DNA from: Candidatus Micrarchaeia archaeon | GTDB lineage: Archaea; Micrarchaeota; Micrarchaeia; Micrarchaeales; CABMGC01 | Length of the DNA stretch: 40,285 bases | Direction of reading: 5' to 3' | Assembly: GCA_049964835.1 (NCBI GenBank) | Contig: JBMFWW010000004.1 | Location: forward strand, 4,161 to 44,445 | In this document: positions 18,086 to 27,079 of the stretch, in pieces | How positions within the stretch are numbered: position 1 is the stretch's first letter | How the letters are laid out: each line of letters opens with the position of its first letter | Notes under the pieces: model-generated | Databases searched by the model: none | What the model saw: only the letters and a program-made list of their open reading frames with translations | Told to the model about the DNA's origin: nothing | Translations under genes and position numbers: made by a program

Positions 18086-18778
18086 ATGGCAGAATTAAGA
18101 AGTAATATACCTACAAAGCAGGAATTAATAGATTTAATAATTGCAGATATTGCACTTTCTATAGCATTTTCAATAGTTTTTGGTACTGGTAACTTTCTTC
18201 TGTTTTTCCCAATAGCATTATTTGCAGTCTCAATTTCATTCATACTTCATGAATATATGCATAAAATTGTAGCTCAAAGGTTTGGAGCAATAGCCGCTTT
18301 TAAAAGATCTGATTTTGGAATAATCATAGCTCTTGTTACAAGTTTTTTAGGTTTTTTATTGGCAATGCCTGGAGCGACCATGATATACACAAACAACTTT
18401 ACAAAAAAAGAAAATGGATTAACATCTCTTGTTGGGCCTCTAACAAATCTTATAATATTTTTGATAGTTATATCTATAGCACTTACAGTAAGGTTTTCAT
18501 CTTATATCGAAACCGCACTAGTTTTTGCAGCTTTCATTAATCTGTGGCTCGCATTTTTCAATATGCTTCCGATATATCCTTTAGATGGAAGCAAGGTTTT
18601 AGCTTGGAGTAAACCTCTTTATATAGTCGTTTTATTAGTAGCAATGATATTTTTAGTTTTGATAGGGCCACTTATAGGTCTTACAATACTCGGAATGATA
18701 TTCGATATTGGTTTCCTACTTGTAATAGCGTTTATAATGTCTTACCTTTATAGAGGTATACTTTTTAGAACATTTTAA
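18086..18778 (+). CDS. Small M50 (site-2 protease-like) membrane metalloprotease, no accessory domain
   Basis: HExxH in a TM helix (ILHEYMHKIVAQ) and a second ligand motif NMLPIYPLDGSKV. About 6 TM helices in 230 aa. Confidence 0.75.
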   Translation: MAELRSNIPTKQELIDLIIADIALSIAFSIVFGTGNFLLFFPIALFAVSISFILHEYMHKIVAQRFGAIAAFKRSDFGIIIALVTSFLGFLLAMPGATMIYTNNFTKKENGLTSLVGPLTNLIIFLIVISIALTVRFSSYIETALVFAAFINLWLAFFNMLPIYPLDGSKVLAWSKPLYIVVLLVAMIFLVLIGPLIGLTILGMIFDIGFLLVIAFIMSYLYRGILFRTF

Positions 18779-18993
18779 AGCCAAAAGCACAAATGTCTTA
18801 TCCCAAAATAAGGTCCTCACAACAAAGGAATCTGATTATGTAAAAAGTTTGAGTGAGATATTAAGAACTGAAAAAAAGAGTTTAGTAATGATCTAAATAA
18901 ATTAGAAAATATTTAATGATTCTAATTTGTGACTTCCTCATAATCGTAAAATGCGTGAGATTATCTGCTCGAGTTTGTTAAACTCATAAAACA

Positions 18994-21792
18994 CTAGAAG
19001 ACCTCAATACTTGGTTTTTGTGGAAATGCTCTTGCTGCTCTTTGTGAAGCAGACCCATTTTCTTTTTCAACAGTTATTTCTAGTCCGGTTATTTTGGATA
19101 TATAACTCTTAGAAGCAGCTATTATGTTGAACTCTTCTTCCTCGCTCAGTTTACATGGTCTAATTTCATTTATTCTCTTAAAAATACCAGTAAGATATTT
19201 AGATACAACTTCCTTATTCACTGATTCATTAACTGTAGATATTGTACCGCTTATATTTTTTGTTTCAATTAGCTTATTCAGAGAGTCTCTTTTCCATTGG
19301 TCTGCAACAATTATTTTACAATTTTTAATATTTGCAATTTTATTTTTTGTTAATTCATAAATTTGTTTGACATCATCAATTGTCGAATCTATTAACATTT
19401 CTCCAAATTCTATCTTTTCATCAATAAGTGAGCTGTCTACAGAAGGCCATGTTTCTGTTGCAGCGAGAGTCGTATTCCCAAGTAAATTCCACAACTCCTC
19501 AGACACATGTGGTGCCAGAGGCTGCAACATGAGTGCAACATTGCATAGATACTCTCTAAGTACCATTGCGTTGTTCCCACCCCTTGAAATATATCTTCTC
19601 AGTTCTATATTTGTATTAAAAATTACACTGTTTACAATATCCCTCAATTCTAATTTTTCCATTGCATTTGTTATGTTCTGTATTTTTTTGTTTAATTTTG
19701 AATAGAGCCAGTAATCTATATTATCTAGTTTGTTACTTGGAAACTCACCAAGTTTCTCTGATAAATCAAACATATATTCAATTCTTTCCTTAATTCCATT
19801 TGCAGTATCTTCAACAAAATCAGAATCATTAAATAAGTCAGTATTGCCTATCTCTACAAGTTTAATTATATCTGCTCCGTACTTTTTAATTGCATCTTTG
19901 ACAATTATTATATTTCCTAGACTTTTACTCATTTTTTCTCCGTTCATCATTACAAGTCCATTGACTACTATCTGCTTTGGCCAAAACGCTCTATCAAAAA
20001 CAGCGATATGATTAAATATATGCATTGTCAGGTGATTAAAAATTAGGTCAAGACCTGAATGTCTCGATGTGTTTTTATACCAATAATTAAAAGATTCTTT
20101 AGATTTTTTAATTATATCGTAAGGTATGCCTAGCTTTGTTGATATTTCATCTATGCTACCTATGTTCCTAAAAATATAATCAAAGAATTCAGAAGTCAAT
20201 TTTTCAGATTCTACATTATTTATGTATGTATTTATTGTGTAATAAGCCATGTATATTGTTGAATCCGATAATGACTCTATTATATATCTCTGATCAAAAG
20301 GAAATTTAGTTCCTAGTCCTTGGGATCTTGCAACTGCACGCAAATTTATCCAGTCCATTGCAGAAAGAAAGGCACTTTTACTTTTTTCAGGCACAATTCT
20401 CATTTCTTCTAAATAGTTTTTAGCACTCTCTTTCCATTCTTGGTTGCCATAATTAATAAACCATTGATTATCTATTATTTTTACTATTATTTCGGTTCCA
20501 CATCTGCAAAGTACTCTTTGTCTATTTGCAATTATATAAACAGAAACGGCTTGTTTTGAACCTTTCAACTTATCTATTATATGTTCCCTCACTACAGGTT
20601 CAGATTGTCCTTCATAACCTGGAAATGACATTATACCCCTATGTGATTCTTCCTTATACTCAAGTTTAGTTGCTTCCTCTATCTTATCATTTGGAGAATT
20701 AATATCTATACCTAATTTTTTAAGATAAAATTCAGCAGGAATTTCTTCTGGTTTGATATTATCTAAAGTTACAACCTTTATGGGTTTAATCTCATCATTT
20801 ATAATACCTTCTTTGAAAAGACGTTTAAGTGCAATATAATCAAAAGGCGCGTGAGCTGGGACACTCATTACAATTCCAGTACCAATTTCTTGCTTAACAA
20901 AGTATCCTGGAAGTATTGGTATCTTATTTTTTGATATTGGATTTATACAACTTTTATTTATAAGTTCTTCACCACGTATTTCTGATTTTTTAATAAGTTT
21001 TAATTGATACACTAATTTTTCATATGTTGCACTTGAAACAAGTACGTCTCCAAATTCTTTCAGATCACATAAATAATAAGTTGCGTCTTTATTGATAAAA
21101 ATATTTGTAACACCATAGATAGTTTCCGGCCTATATGTGGCACATATCAAACTATACGATTCATCATTTACTTGAAACAGTATGCCCGTTTCCTGCTCAA
21201 TTTCTGGCTCAGTGTCTCCCTTCGTATCATGCATTCCTACTGCATTATTTTCCTTAGTGCACCAACCTACTGGATGCTCACCTTGTACAAGATAACCTTT
21301 TTCTTTTAAGATTCCAAATTGCCACTCTATAAATTTGCTGAAATTTTTATCTATGGTTGTAAATCTTCTTCTCCAATCTATGCTGAATCCGGCAAGTTTC
21401 ATTCCTTCTTCGACTTCTTTTGAAAAATATTGTCCCATGAAAAGTGGATCTGACATTTTTTGCACTGTATCATCAGGTATGCCAAAACTTCTAAAATCAG
21501 CAAGTATTACAGGATCATTACTCTTTACTTTATTTGCTTGCGCCAATAAGGGAATTCCAGTAAGATGAAATCCCATAGGATATAAAACATTAAAGCCATT
21601 CATCCTTTTATATCTTGCAAGAGCATCAGCAGTTCCATAGGTTCTAAGGTGGCCTATATGCTGTGGGCCGTTAGGATAAGGTATTGCTGCCGTTATCAAT
21701 AACTGTTTCTTTTCATTTACTTCAGGTTGAAATATCTTTGCGTCTTCCCAAGCTTTTTGCCACTTAGCAGATATAAAGTTGTAGTCAATCAT
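18994..21792 (-). CDS. leuS: Leucyl-tRNA synthetase (archaeal/eukaryotic type)
   Basis: Class I motifs PYPNGPQHIGH (HIGH) and KMSKSLGN (KMSKS). Archaeal-type CP1 editing region and C-terminal extension. 932 aa. Confidence 0.95.
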   Translation of the reverse strand: MIDYNFISAKWQKAWEDAKIFQPEVNEKKQLLITAAIPYPNGPQHIGHLRTYGTADALARYKRMNGFNVLYPMGFHLTGIPLLAQANKVKSNDPVILADFRSFGIPDDTVQKMSDPLFMGQYFSKEVEEGMKLAGFSIDWRRRFTTIDKNFSKFIEWQFGILKEKGYLVQGEHPVGWCTKENNAVGMHDTKGDTEPEIEQETGILFQVNDESYSLICATYRPETIYGVTNIFINKDATYYLCDLKEFGDVLVSSATYEKLVYQLKLIKKSEIRGEELINKSCINPISKNKIPILPGYFVKQEIGTGIVMSVPAHAPFDYIALKRLFKEGIINDEIKPIKVVTLDNIKPEEIPAEFYLKKLGIDINSPNDKIEEATKLEYKEESHRGIMSFPGYEGQSEPVVREHIIDKLKGSKQAVSVYIIANRQRVLCRCGTEIIVKIIDNQWFINYGNQEWKESAKNYLEEMRIVPEKSKSAFLSAMDWINLRAVARSQGLGTKFPFDQRYIIESLSDSTIYMAYYTINTYINNVESEKLTSEFFDYIFRNIGSIDEISTKLGIPYDIIKKSKESFNYWYKNTSRHSGLDLIFNHLTMHIFNHIAVFDRAFWPKQIVVNGLVMMNGEKMSKSLGNIIIVKDAIKKYGADIIKLVEIGNTDLFNDSDFVEDTANGIKERIEYMFDLSEKLGEFPSNKLDNIDYWLYSKLNKKIQNITNAMEKLELRDIVNSVIFNTNIELRRYISRGGNNAMVLREYLCNVALMLQPLAPHVSEELWNLLGNTTLAATETWPSVDSSLIDEKIEFGEMLIDSTIDDVKQIYELTKNKIANIKNCKIIVADQWKRDSLNKLIETKNISGTISTVNESVNKEVVSKYLTGIFKRINEIRPCKLSEEEEFNIIAASKSYISKITGLEITVEKENGSASQRAARAFPQKPSIEVF

Positions 21793-21933
21793 TCTATCAA
21801 TATATATATAACATAATCTTTTTTATATTACTTTCTAAATTGTGATGACAGTTTTGCAAATAGTAATATATTTAAATATTAAACTATACAATATATCGAT
21901 GTGTTTTAATTTTAGACTAGTTTATACTTTAAA

Positions 21934-22293
21934 ATGATATATATGGAAAATAAAGCAGAGTTAGAAATTAAATCGCTTGATAAAAATTTTAAGAATGGTT
22001 TACTAAGAATCATGATCTTAAAAATAATAGAACGTAAAGAGATGCATGCTTATGCTATTTACAAAGAGATTCAATCAAATAAGAAAGTCATTATTAACGT
22101 TAGTAAAAATGACATTTATAATTCCATAGCATCTATGGAAAAATTAAATATGATAGTATCTAAACTTTCTAATAAAAATCAAAAGGTACTTGTACTGACA
22201 AAAAAAGGCAAAGATGTAACCGTTAAGTTTAGAACAATAATGAAAAGACATATGTTATCACTTAAAAAGTTGATGGTTGAGTTTAATGAATGA
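21934..22293 (+). CDS. PadR-family winged-helix transcriptional regulator
   Basis: LLRIMILKIIERKEMHAYAIYKEI is the typical PadR recognition-helix region. 119 aa. The stop overlaps the downstream ABC gene start (ATGAATGA). Confidence 0.7.
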   Translation: MIYMENKAELEIKSLDKNFKNGLLRIMILKIIERKEMHAYAIYKEIQSNKKVIINVSKNDIYNSIASMEKLNMIVSKLSNKNQKVLVLTKKGKDVTVKFRTIMKRHMLSLKKLMVEFNE

Positions 22294-23275
22294 CATTGCA
22301 GTTGATATTAAAAATATTAAAAAATCATTCGGATCTTTTCAAGCAGTTAAAGGTATTTCTTTTAAAATAAGCAAGGGAGAGATTTTTGGTTTACTTGGGC
22401 CAAACGGAGCAGGAAAAACAACTACCCTGAATATGATTTTGGGTCTTCTTAATCCGACTTCTGGAACTATACTAATAAATGGTTATGACAATGTAAAGGA
22501 CGCCGTCAAAGTCAAACAAATGATTGGATTTATGACCCAAGAAACAGTTGTTGACGGATATATTTCAGCTAGCAATAATCTTAGAATATTTGCCAAGTTA
22601 TACCACGTTCCAGAAAATGAGATAGAAAGTAGAGTAGAAAGAGCGCTTAAGGATGCTAACTTATTAGAATTTGCAGAAAAACCCGCAGGAACGTTTTCAG
22701 GAGGAATGCAAAGAAGACTAAATCTAGTAAAATCTATGTTGCAAGAACCTAAAATACTAATACTTGATGAACCTACTACTGGACTTGATGTTCAAAGTAG
22801 AATCGGGATGTGGGAAAGCATTAAAAATTTGAACAAGAAGGGTATTACTGTGATATTGACTACCCAATATCTTGAAGAATCAGATTTTCTTTGTGACAGA
22901 ATAGCTATAATTGATCACGGAGAGATAAAAGCCATAGGTACCGCATCTGAGCTAAAAAGAATGGTTTCAAAAGGAAATATACTTGATATAACATTAAAAA
23001 AAGATGAAATAGAAAAGGCAAAAAAAATAATAGAATCAAAGTTTGATATCGATCTTACTATTGATAATGATAAGTTAAGAGGTAATATAGAAGTTAATTC
23101 TATGTCAACTTCTGTTAAGATTGCACAGCTGCTTGAAAAGGAAAAAATTGAAGTTTTAGCATTCAGTGTACATCTTCCTACAATGGATGATGTATTCATA
23201 AAGTTAACCGGTGCAAGTTTTAGGGATAACACATCTTCAGAGAATACTGCATCTAAAGCAAGATTTAGGAGATAA
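22286..23275 (+). CDS. ABC transporter ATP-binding protein (ABC-2/DrrA-like exporter type)
   Basis: Walker A GLLGPNGAGKTTT, Q-loop, signature FSGGMQRRL, Walker B ILILDEPTTGLD and H-loop TTQYLEE. ATG 22286 gives MNDIAVDIKNIKKSFG. Confidence 0.92.
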   Translation: MNDIAVDIKNIKKSFGSFQAVKGISFKISKGEIFGLLGPNGAGKTTTLNMILGLLNPTSGTILINGYDNVKDAVKVKQMIGFMTQETVVDGYISASNNLRIFAKLYHVPENEIESRVERALKDANLLEFAEKPAGTFSGGMQRRLNLVKSMLQEPKILILDEPTTGLDVQSRIGMWESIKNLNKKGITVILTTQYLEESDFLCDRIAIIDHGEIKAIGTASELKRMVSKGNILDITLKKDEIEKAKKIIESKFDIDLTIDNDKLRGNIEVNSMSTSVKIAQLLEKEKIEVLAFSVHLPTMDDVFIKLTGASFRDNTSSENTASKARFRR

Positions 23276-23276
23276 A

Positions 23277-24389
23277 ATGACTTTAATTGGAGATTCACTT
23301 ACAATAGCAAAAAGAGAAATGCTTGTATTCAAAAGCAACCTTAGAACTAATATTATACGTTCTTTGATGTTTCCGTTTATAATAATACTTTTCTTTGGAA
23401 ATCTTGGAAGTACTGTCTCAAGCGTTCCTGTTGCAATTGTAAATCTTGCAAACAACCCACAGTCTATGCAGTTCATAAATTCACTACAGGGGCAAAGTGT
23501 ACTTGAAATAACTGCAATGACAAATCAAGAAAATGCACTTTCACTTTTACAAAATGGTGAGGTTACTGCGATAATAACAATAGAGCCAACATTTCCAAAT
23601 AATTTCAATAACAATCCTTCAGTTTCTGTTTACTATTCAAATAGTGAATTTAGTACAGTAAGTGCAGTACTTCCTTTTATAAAAAGTGTTTCTTCAACCT
23701 TTGGCGTAAATAACGTTAAGCAAAGTTTAGCTGCTCAATCGCCAATAATAACCTCAAATCCAATATCTGGTGCATCAAGCAATTATAGAGACTTTATAAT
23801 CGCAAGTGTTATAATAATGGCTACGGCCTTTGGGTCGATATTTGGAAGTGGCTTTTCAATAATAGTTGATAGACAGCTAGGAACAATAAAATCTTTTCTT
23901 GTAGCGCCAATAAATAAGGATGCGATACTTTTTGGAAAGCTAATGGCTGGAACCGTCCAGTCGCTGCTTTATGGTTTTCTTGCCCTCTGTTTAGGATTTC
24001 TATTTGGAGCTGGAATAGCTATGGGTCCAATAGGTTTGCTTTGGATACTAGCTCTGATATTCTTTGTTTCATTATCATTTAATGCTATTGCTTTAATAGT
24101 TGCATCAAGGATTAAAACTGTTGAATTGTATGCAATAGTTGCACAAGCAATAACTCTTCCAACGTGGTTCCTATCTGGTGCTTTCTTCCCAGCTTCATCA
24201 TTTCCATCATTTATACAACCATTTAGCATTGGAGATCCTTTAACATATGCAACAAGTGGAATTAGAGATGTTATGTTATCAGGGTACTTCCCAATAAGTC
24301 ACATAATAACTGACTTTAGCATAATGATAATATTTACAGTAATAATAATACTGTTTAGTTTTAGATTATTTAAGAGTACAATTGATTAA
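23277..24389 (+). CDS. ABC-2 type transporter permease
   Basis: ATG lies 1 nt after the ATPase stop. One N-terminal TM helix, a large external loop and five C-terminal TM helices, with the typical ABC-2 architecture. Confidence 0.8.
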   Translation: MTLIGDSLTIAKREMLVFKSNLRTNIIRSLMFPFIIILFFGNLGSTVSSVPVAIVNLANNPQSMQFINSLQGQSVLEITAMTNQENALSLLQNGEVTAIITIEPTFPNNFNNNPSVSVYYSNSEFSTVSAVLPFIKSVSSTFGVNNVKQSLAAQSPIITSNPISGASSNYRDFIIASVIIMATAFGSIFGSGFSIIVDRQLGTIKSFLVAPINKDAILFGKLMAGTVQSLLYGFLALCLGFLFGAGIAMGPIGLLWILALIFFVSLSFNAIALIVASRIKTVELYAIVAQAITLPTWFLSGAFFPASSFPSFIQPFSIGDPLTYATSGIRDVMLSGYFPISHIITDFSIMIIFTVIIILFSFRLFKSTID

Positions 24390-24410
24390 AATATATTTAA
24401 ACGTGATAAA

Positions 24411-25997
24411 ATGAAAAAAATTATAAACATTTGGTTTGTTTTTGCTTTGGCTGCGATGGCATTGCCCGCTATTGTAAACGCACAAAGTGTCAGTGGAGCA
24501 CTGAGTGTAACAAATCTGCAAATATCCCCGAATCCAATAATCGCAGGTTCTAATGCGCAGATAAGCTTTCAAATATATGACTCTTATTCATCAACACTGA
24601 ATAATGTAAATATACAATTGCAAGGAGCATATCCAATATTAAATTTTTCTCCAGCAGGATTGCAAATAGTTAGCAGCATGTCACAAGGGATATATGGCGG
24701 CTCTAGTACATACTTTACATATAATATAAACATACCAAAAGATACTCCTTCAGGAACATACACATTAAATGTACTAGCTACTTATCAAAGCACACAAATT
24801 GGAGCTACTGGTTCTACAGAAACGGTTACAGGTTCATCTGTAATGCCCATTACCTTTTATGTGAACGGACAGCCAAATGTAACATTAACATCACAACCGA
24901 GCCAGATCTTACCTGGTCAACAGTTTAATATGGAATTGAATGTGTTAAACTCTGGATATGCGGCTGGAAAAAATATAACAATAACACTTGAAAATAATAC
25001 AAACTTTACGCCTATAGGTGCAAAATCTTTCAATATAGGACTTCTAAATCAAGGAACATCAGCGCAATTAACTGCTCAGTATCAGGCAAATAAATTCATA
25101 ACTAATGGAACTTATACCATACCTATTTTAGTAACATATCAAACAGAAACAGGCCAAAAGTATACCGAGACGCAAAATCAGAAAATCAATATATTAATAA
25201 ACAATCCTAATATCGTAATAAATGTTGTGTCTGAAGAACCACAAACTTTGTATAAAGGTTATAATCAAACTTTAGGATTAGTAATCAGTAACATAGGAAC
25301 AGGAACAGCAAACAATGTTTCTGTAGCATTTAACTCTGGGTACGGAATAAATGTCCTCAGTTCTGTATCCAAGATGTTTATAGGAAGTATAGCACCAGGA
25401 CAGGGAGTAGATGAATCATTACTTATATCTGCATCTAACTATTCTTCAAATAATGCATCTTTCTATGCAACTGTAAAGTACCTCTCTGCAAATTATCACT
25501 CAGTATTCAATAAAAATATAACAATACCAATAAACATTGCTTCATCTTCAACATTTAGTATAAGCAGTGGAAATTACTCTATACCACTAGGAGCAACAGC
25601 GGTTCCATTGAATCTTGTTATAACAAATACTGGAAATATAGACGCGCAAAATATTCAACTTTCATTGCAGAGTGGCTATCCGATAACGCCAGTTACAAGT
25701 TCAGACTACATACAGCAACTTGCACCAGGACAGAGCGCAAACGTAACATTTGAGGTTAGTGCAGATACAAACGCAAATTCCGGAACATACCCAATAACAA
25801 TATACGAAACGTGGAAACAGCCAAATGGAGCTGTAGAACAGTTGTATTCCGGTACAAATGTTTATTATGCCGTAGTTGGAGGAAGTTCAGCAGGTGGCTC
25901 TGGAACTATAACAGACGTAGTAATAATTATCATAGTTGTCATAATTCTGGTAGCTATCTATAGAAGAATGAAATCCTCTATGAAGAAAAAGCAATAA
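24411..25997 (+). CDS. Secreted, C-terminally anchored surface protein with about four CARDB-like repeats (COG1361 S-layer-domain-like)
   Basis: Signal peptide MKKIINIWFVFALAAMALPAIVNA. Repeated units include ...ISPNPIIAGSNAQISFQIYD..., ...LNVLNSGYAAGKNITITL..., ...LVISNIGTGTANNVSVAF... and ...LVITNTGNIDAQNIQLSL..., each followed by a GTYT/GTYP strand. C-terminal TM helix plus basic tail (VVIIIIVVIILVAIYRRMKSSMKKKQ). Confidence 0.65.
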   Translation: MKKIINIWFVFALAAMALPAIVNAQSVSGALSVTNLQISPNPIIAGSNAQISFQIYDSYSSTLNNVNIQLQGAYPILNFSPAGLQIVSSMSQGIYGGSSTYFTYNINIPKDTPSGTYTLNVLATYQSTQIGATGSTETVTGSSVMPITFYVNGQPNVTLTSQPSQILPGQQFNMELNVLNSGYAAGKNITITLENNTNFTPIGAKSFNIGLLNQGTSAQLTAQYQANKFITNGTYTIPILVTYQTETGQKYTETQNQKINILINNPNIVINVVSEEPQTLYKGYNQTLGLVISNIGTGTANNVSVAFNSGYGINVLSSVSKMFIGSIAPGQGVDESLLISASNYSSNNASFYATVKYLSANYHSVFNKNITIPINIASSSTFSISSGNYSIPLGATAVPLNLVITNTGNIDAQNIQLSLQSGYPITPVTSSDYIQQLAPGQSANVTFEVSADTNANSGTYPITIYETWKQPNGAVEQLYSGTNVYYAVVGGSSAGGSGTITDVVIIIIVVIILVAIYRRMKSSMKKKQ

Positions 25998-26010
25998 GTT
26001 CTAATAATTA

Positions 26011-26060
26011 GTTTTTGTTTTCTTTTATTTTTCTTTTCCCTTCTTATTTTTTATATTTTC
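26011..26060 (+). terminator. Oligo-T rich tract, probable archaeal intrinsic termination region after the ABC/surface cassette
   Basis: Successive T runs (GTTTTTGTTTTCTTTTATTTTTCTTTTCCCTTCTTATTTTTTATATTTTC) start 14 nt after the stop at 25997. Archaeal RNAP terminates at oligo-T tracts. Confidence 0.35.
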
Positions 26061-26100
26061 TGACATTGGGATTTCCACTATCCTCACTTCATACAAAAGG

Positions 26101-26108
26101 TTTATAAA
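26101..26108 (+). promoter_or_regulatory. Candidate TATA box with purine-rich BRE-like flank for the DAC-like gene
   Basis: AAAAGG-TTTATAAA lies about 32-39 nt upstream of ATG 26140. This predicts a very short leader. Confidence 0.35.
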
Positions 26109-26139
26109 GCATTCTTGTAATAGATAATTGGCGACTGGA

Positions 26140-26751
26140 ATGGATAGGATTATTGAGGAGTGTTTTAATTTATCAAGTGACCAGAAAGAAGGATGTCTTT
26201 TTGTAGTCGAAACTGAAAATATAAAAACAAAATATTACAAAGATTACAATACTGACATTTATAAAAAAAACGGCAAAAAATTATCCGTTTTGAATAAAAA
26301 AGATAAGACAACAATAAAATTGCTTGCAGGTCTTGATGGAGCAATGATCATAAATAAAAAAGGTGAGTTAGTACATTATGGTGCAACATTAATTAATTCC
26401 GATAAGTTTGTTGGACATGGTAAAAGACACGCGTTTGCATTAGGCACCAGTAAAAAGATAAATGGTGTCGTATCTATTTTGGCTAGTGAAGAGGACAAAC
26501 ACATACGCGCGTTCAAAAACGGTGCGTGTATCTTTGATATCGACTCAAATAGCAAATTAACAAGCTCAAAGAAACAGATTATAGCTGATGTCTTAGCTAC
26601 TCCGTTGTCAAAAACATTGATTGCTTCTGGAATAGCTACATCGGTATTAACACTAAATCCATTGCCTGCAATAATTACAATAAGTGGGAGTTATGTTATA
26701 GTTTCAGAGGGCTTTGACAGAATTAAAAAAATATTTAATAAAAAAAGCTAA
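26140..26751 (+). CDS. DisA_N/DAC (diadenylate cyclase) domain protein with C-terminal membrane segment and divergent catalytic motifs
   Basis: By-eye alignment to the CdaA/DisA DAC domain. KEGCLFVVETE matches K-IGALIVIERE, LDGAMIINKKGEL matches L-HDGAVII, GHGKRHAFALGTS matches LGTRHRAAvGiS, and ILASEEDKHIRAFKNG matches IvVSEEtG-vSva-nG. The C-terminal LIASGIATSVLTLNPLPAIITISGSYVIV is hydrophobic (1-2 TM helices). Confidence 0.65.
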   Translation: MDRIIEECFNLSSDQKEGCLFVVETENIKTKYYKDYNTDIYKKNGKKLSVLNKKDKTTIKLLAGLDGAMIINKKGELVHYGATLINSDKFVGHGKRHAFALGTSKKINGVVSILASEEDKHIRAFKNGACIFDIDSNSKLTSSKKQIIADVLATPLSKTLIASGIATSVLTLNPLPAIITISGSYVIVSEGFDRIKKIFNKKS

Positions 26752-26775
26752 TAATACATACTTAAATACATATTT

Positions 26776-27042
26776 TTATATTGCTCCTGACAAAAAGTCT
26801 TCTTCTTTATCTTCATTTTCTATTATATCCATTATTTGTCCTTGGCCAAGACCGCTAGGGAAAATCTCAAATTTTATTAAAACTCCTGGTTCTTCAACTC
26901 CGTAAACTGACGCTTTCCATACCTTTCCTGATTTATCTACATATCTTGCTAATCTTCCTACCAATTCTTCTAACGATACGTTTGAAGAAGGTATTACTAA
27001 TAAATGATCCTCGTCTAAAGATGTGACTATGCCGCTAATCAT
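26776..27042 (-). CDS. Small beta-barrel-like protein, possibly Gar1-like (H/ACA RNP); function uncertain
   Basis: 88 aa. The pattern G-IV...HLLVIPS...VGR-ARYVDKSGKVWKASVYGVEEPGVLIKF loosely matches archaeal Gar1 (G-V...g-lIv...iG--V-D--g--iG-V-DvfGPv--PyvaiK). The tail is acidic. It sits 38 nt downstream of the LRV/HEAT gene on the same strand. Confidence 0.35.
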   Translation of the reverse strand: MISGIVTSLDEDHLLVIPSSNVSLEELVGRLARYVDKSGKVWKASVYGVEEPGVLIKFEIFPSGLGQGQIMDIIENEDKEEDFLSGAI

Positions 27043-27079
27043 ATAATCAATTACATTATATTAAGAAAGATATAAAGCG

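Noticed and set aside
18779-18993. The 215-bp gap between the small M50 protease and leuS as a possible C/D-box or other small RNA gene.
   Set aside because: CTGA (D-box-like) strings occur, but there is no RUGAUGA C box in the correct order on either strand, no stable stem that I could fold by eye, and no GC enrichment.
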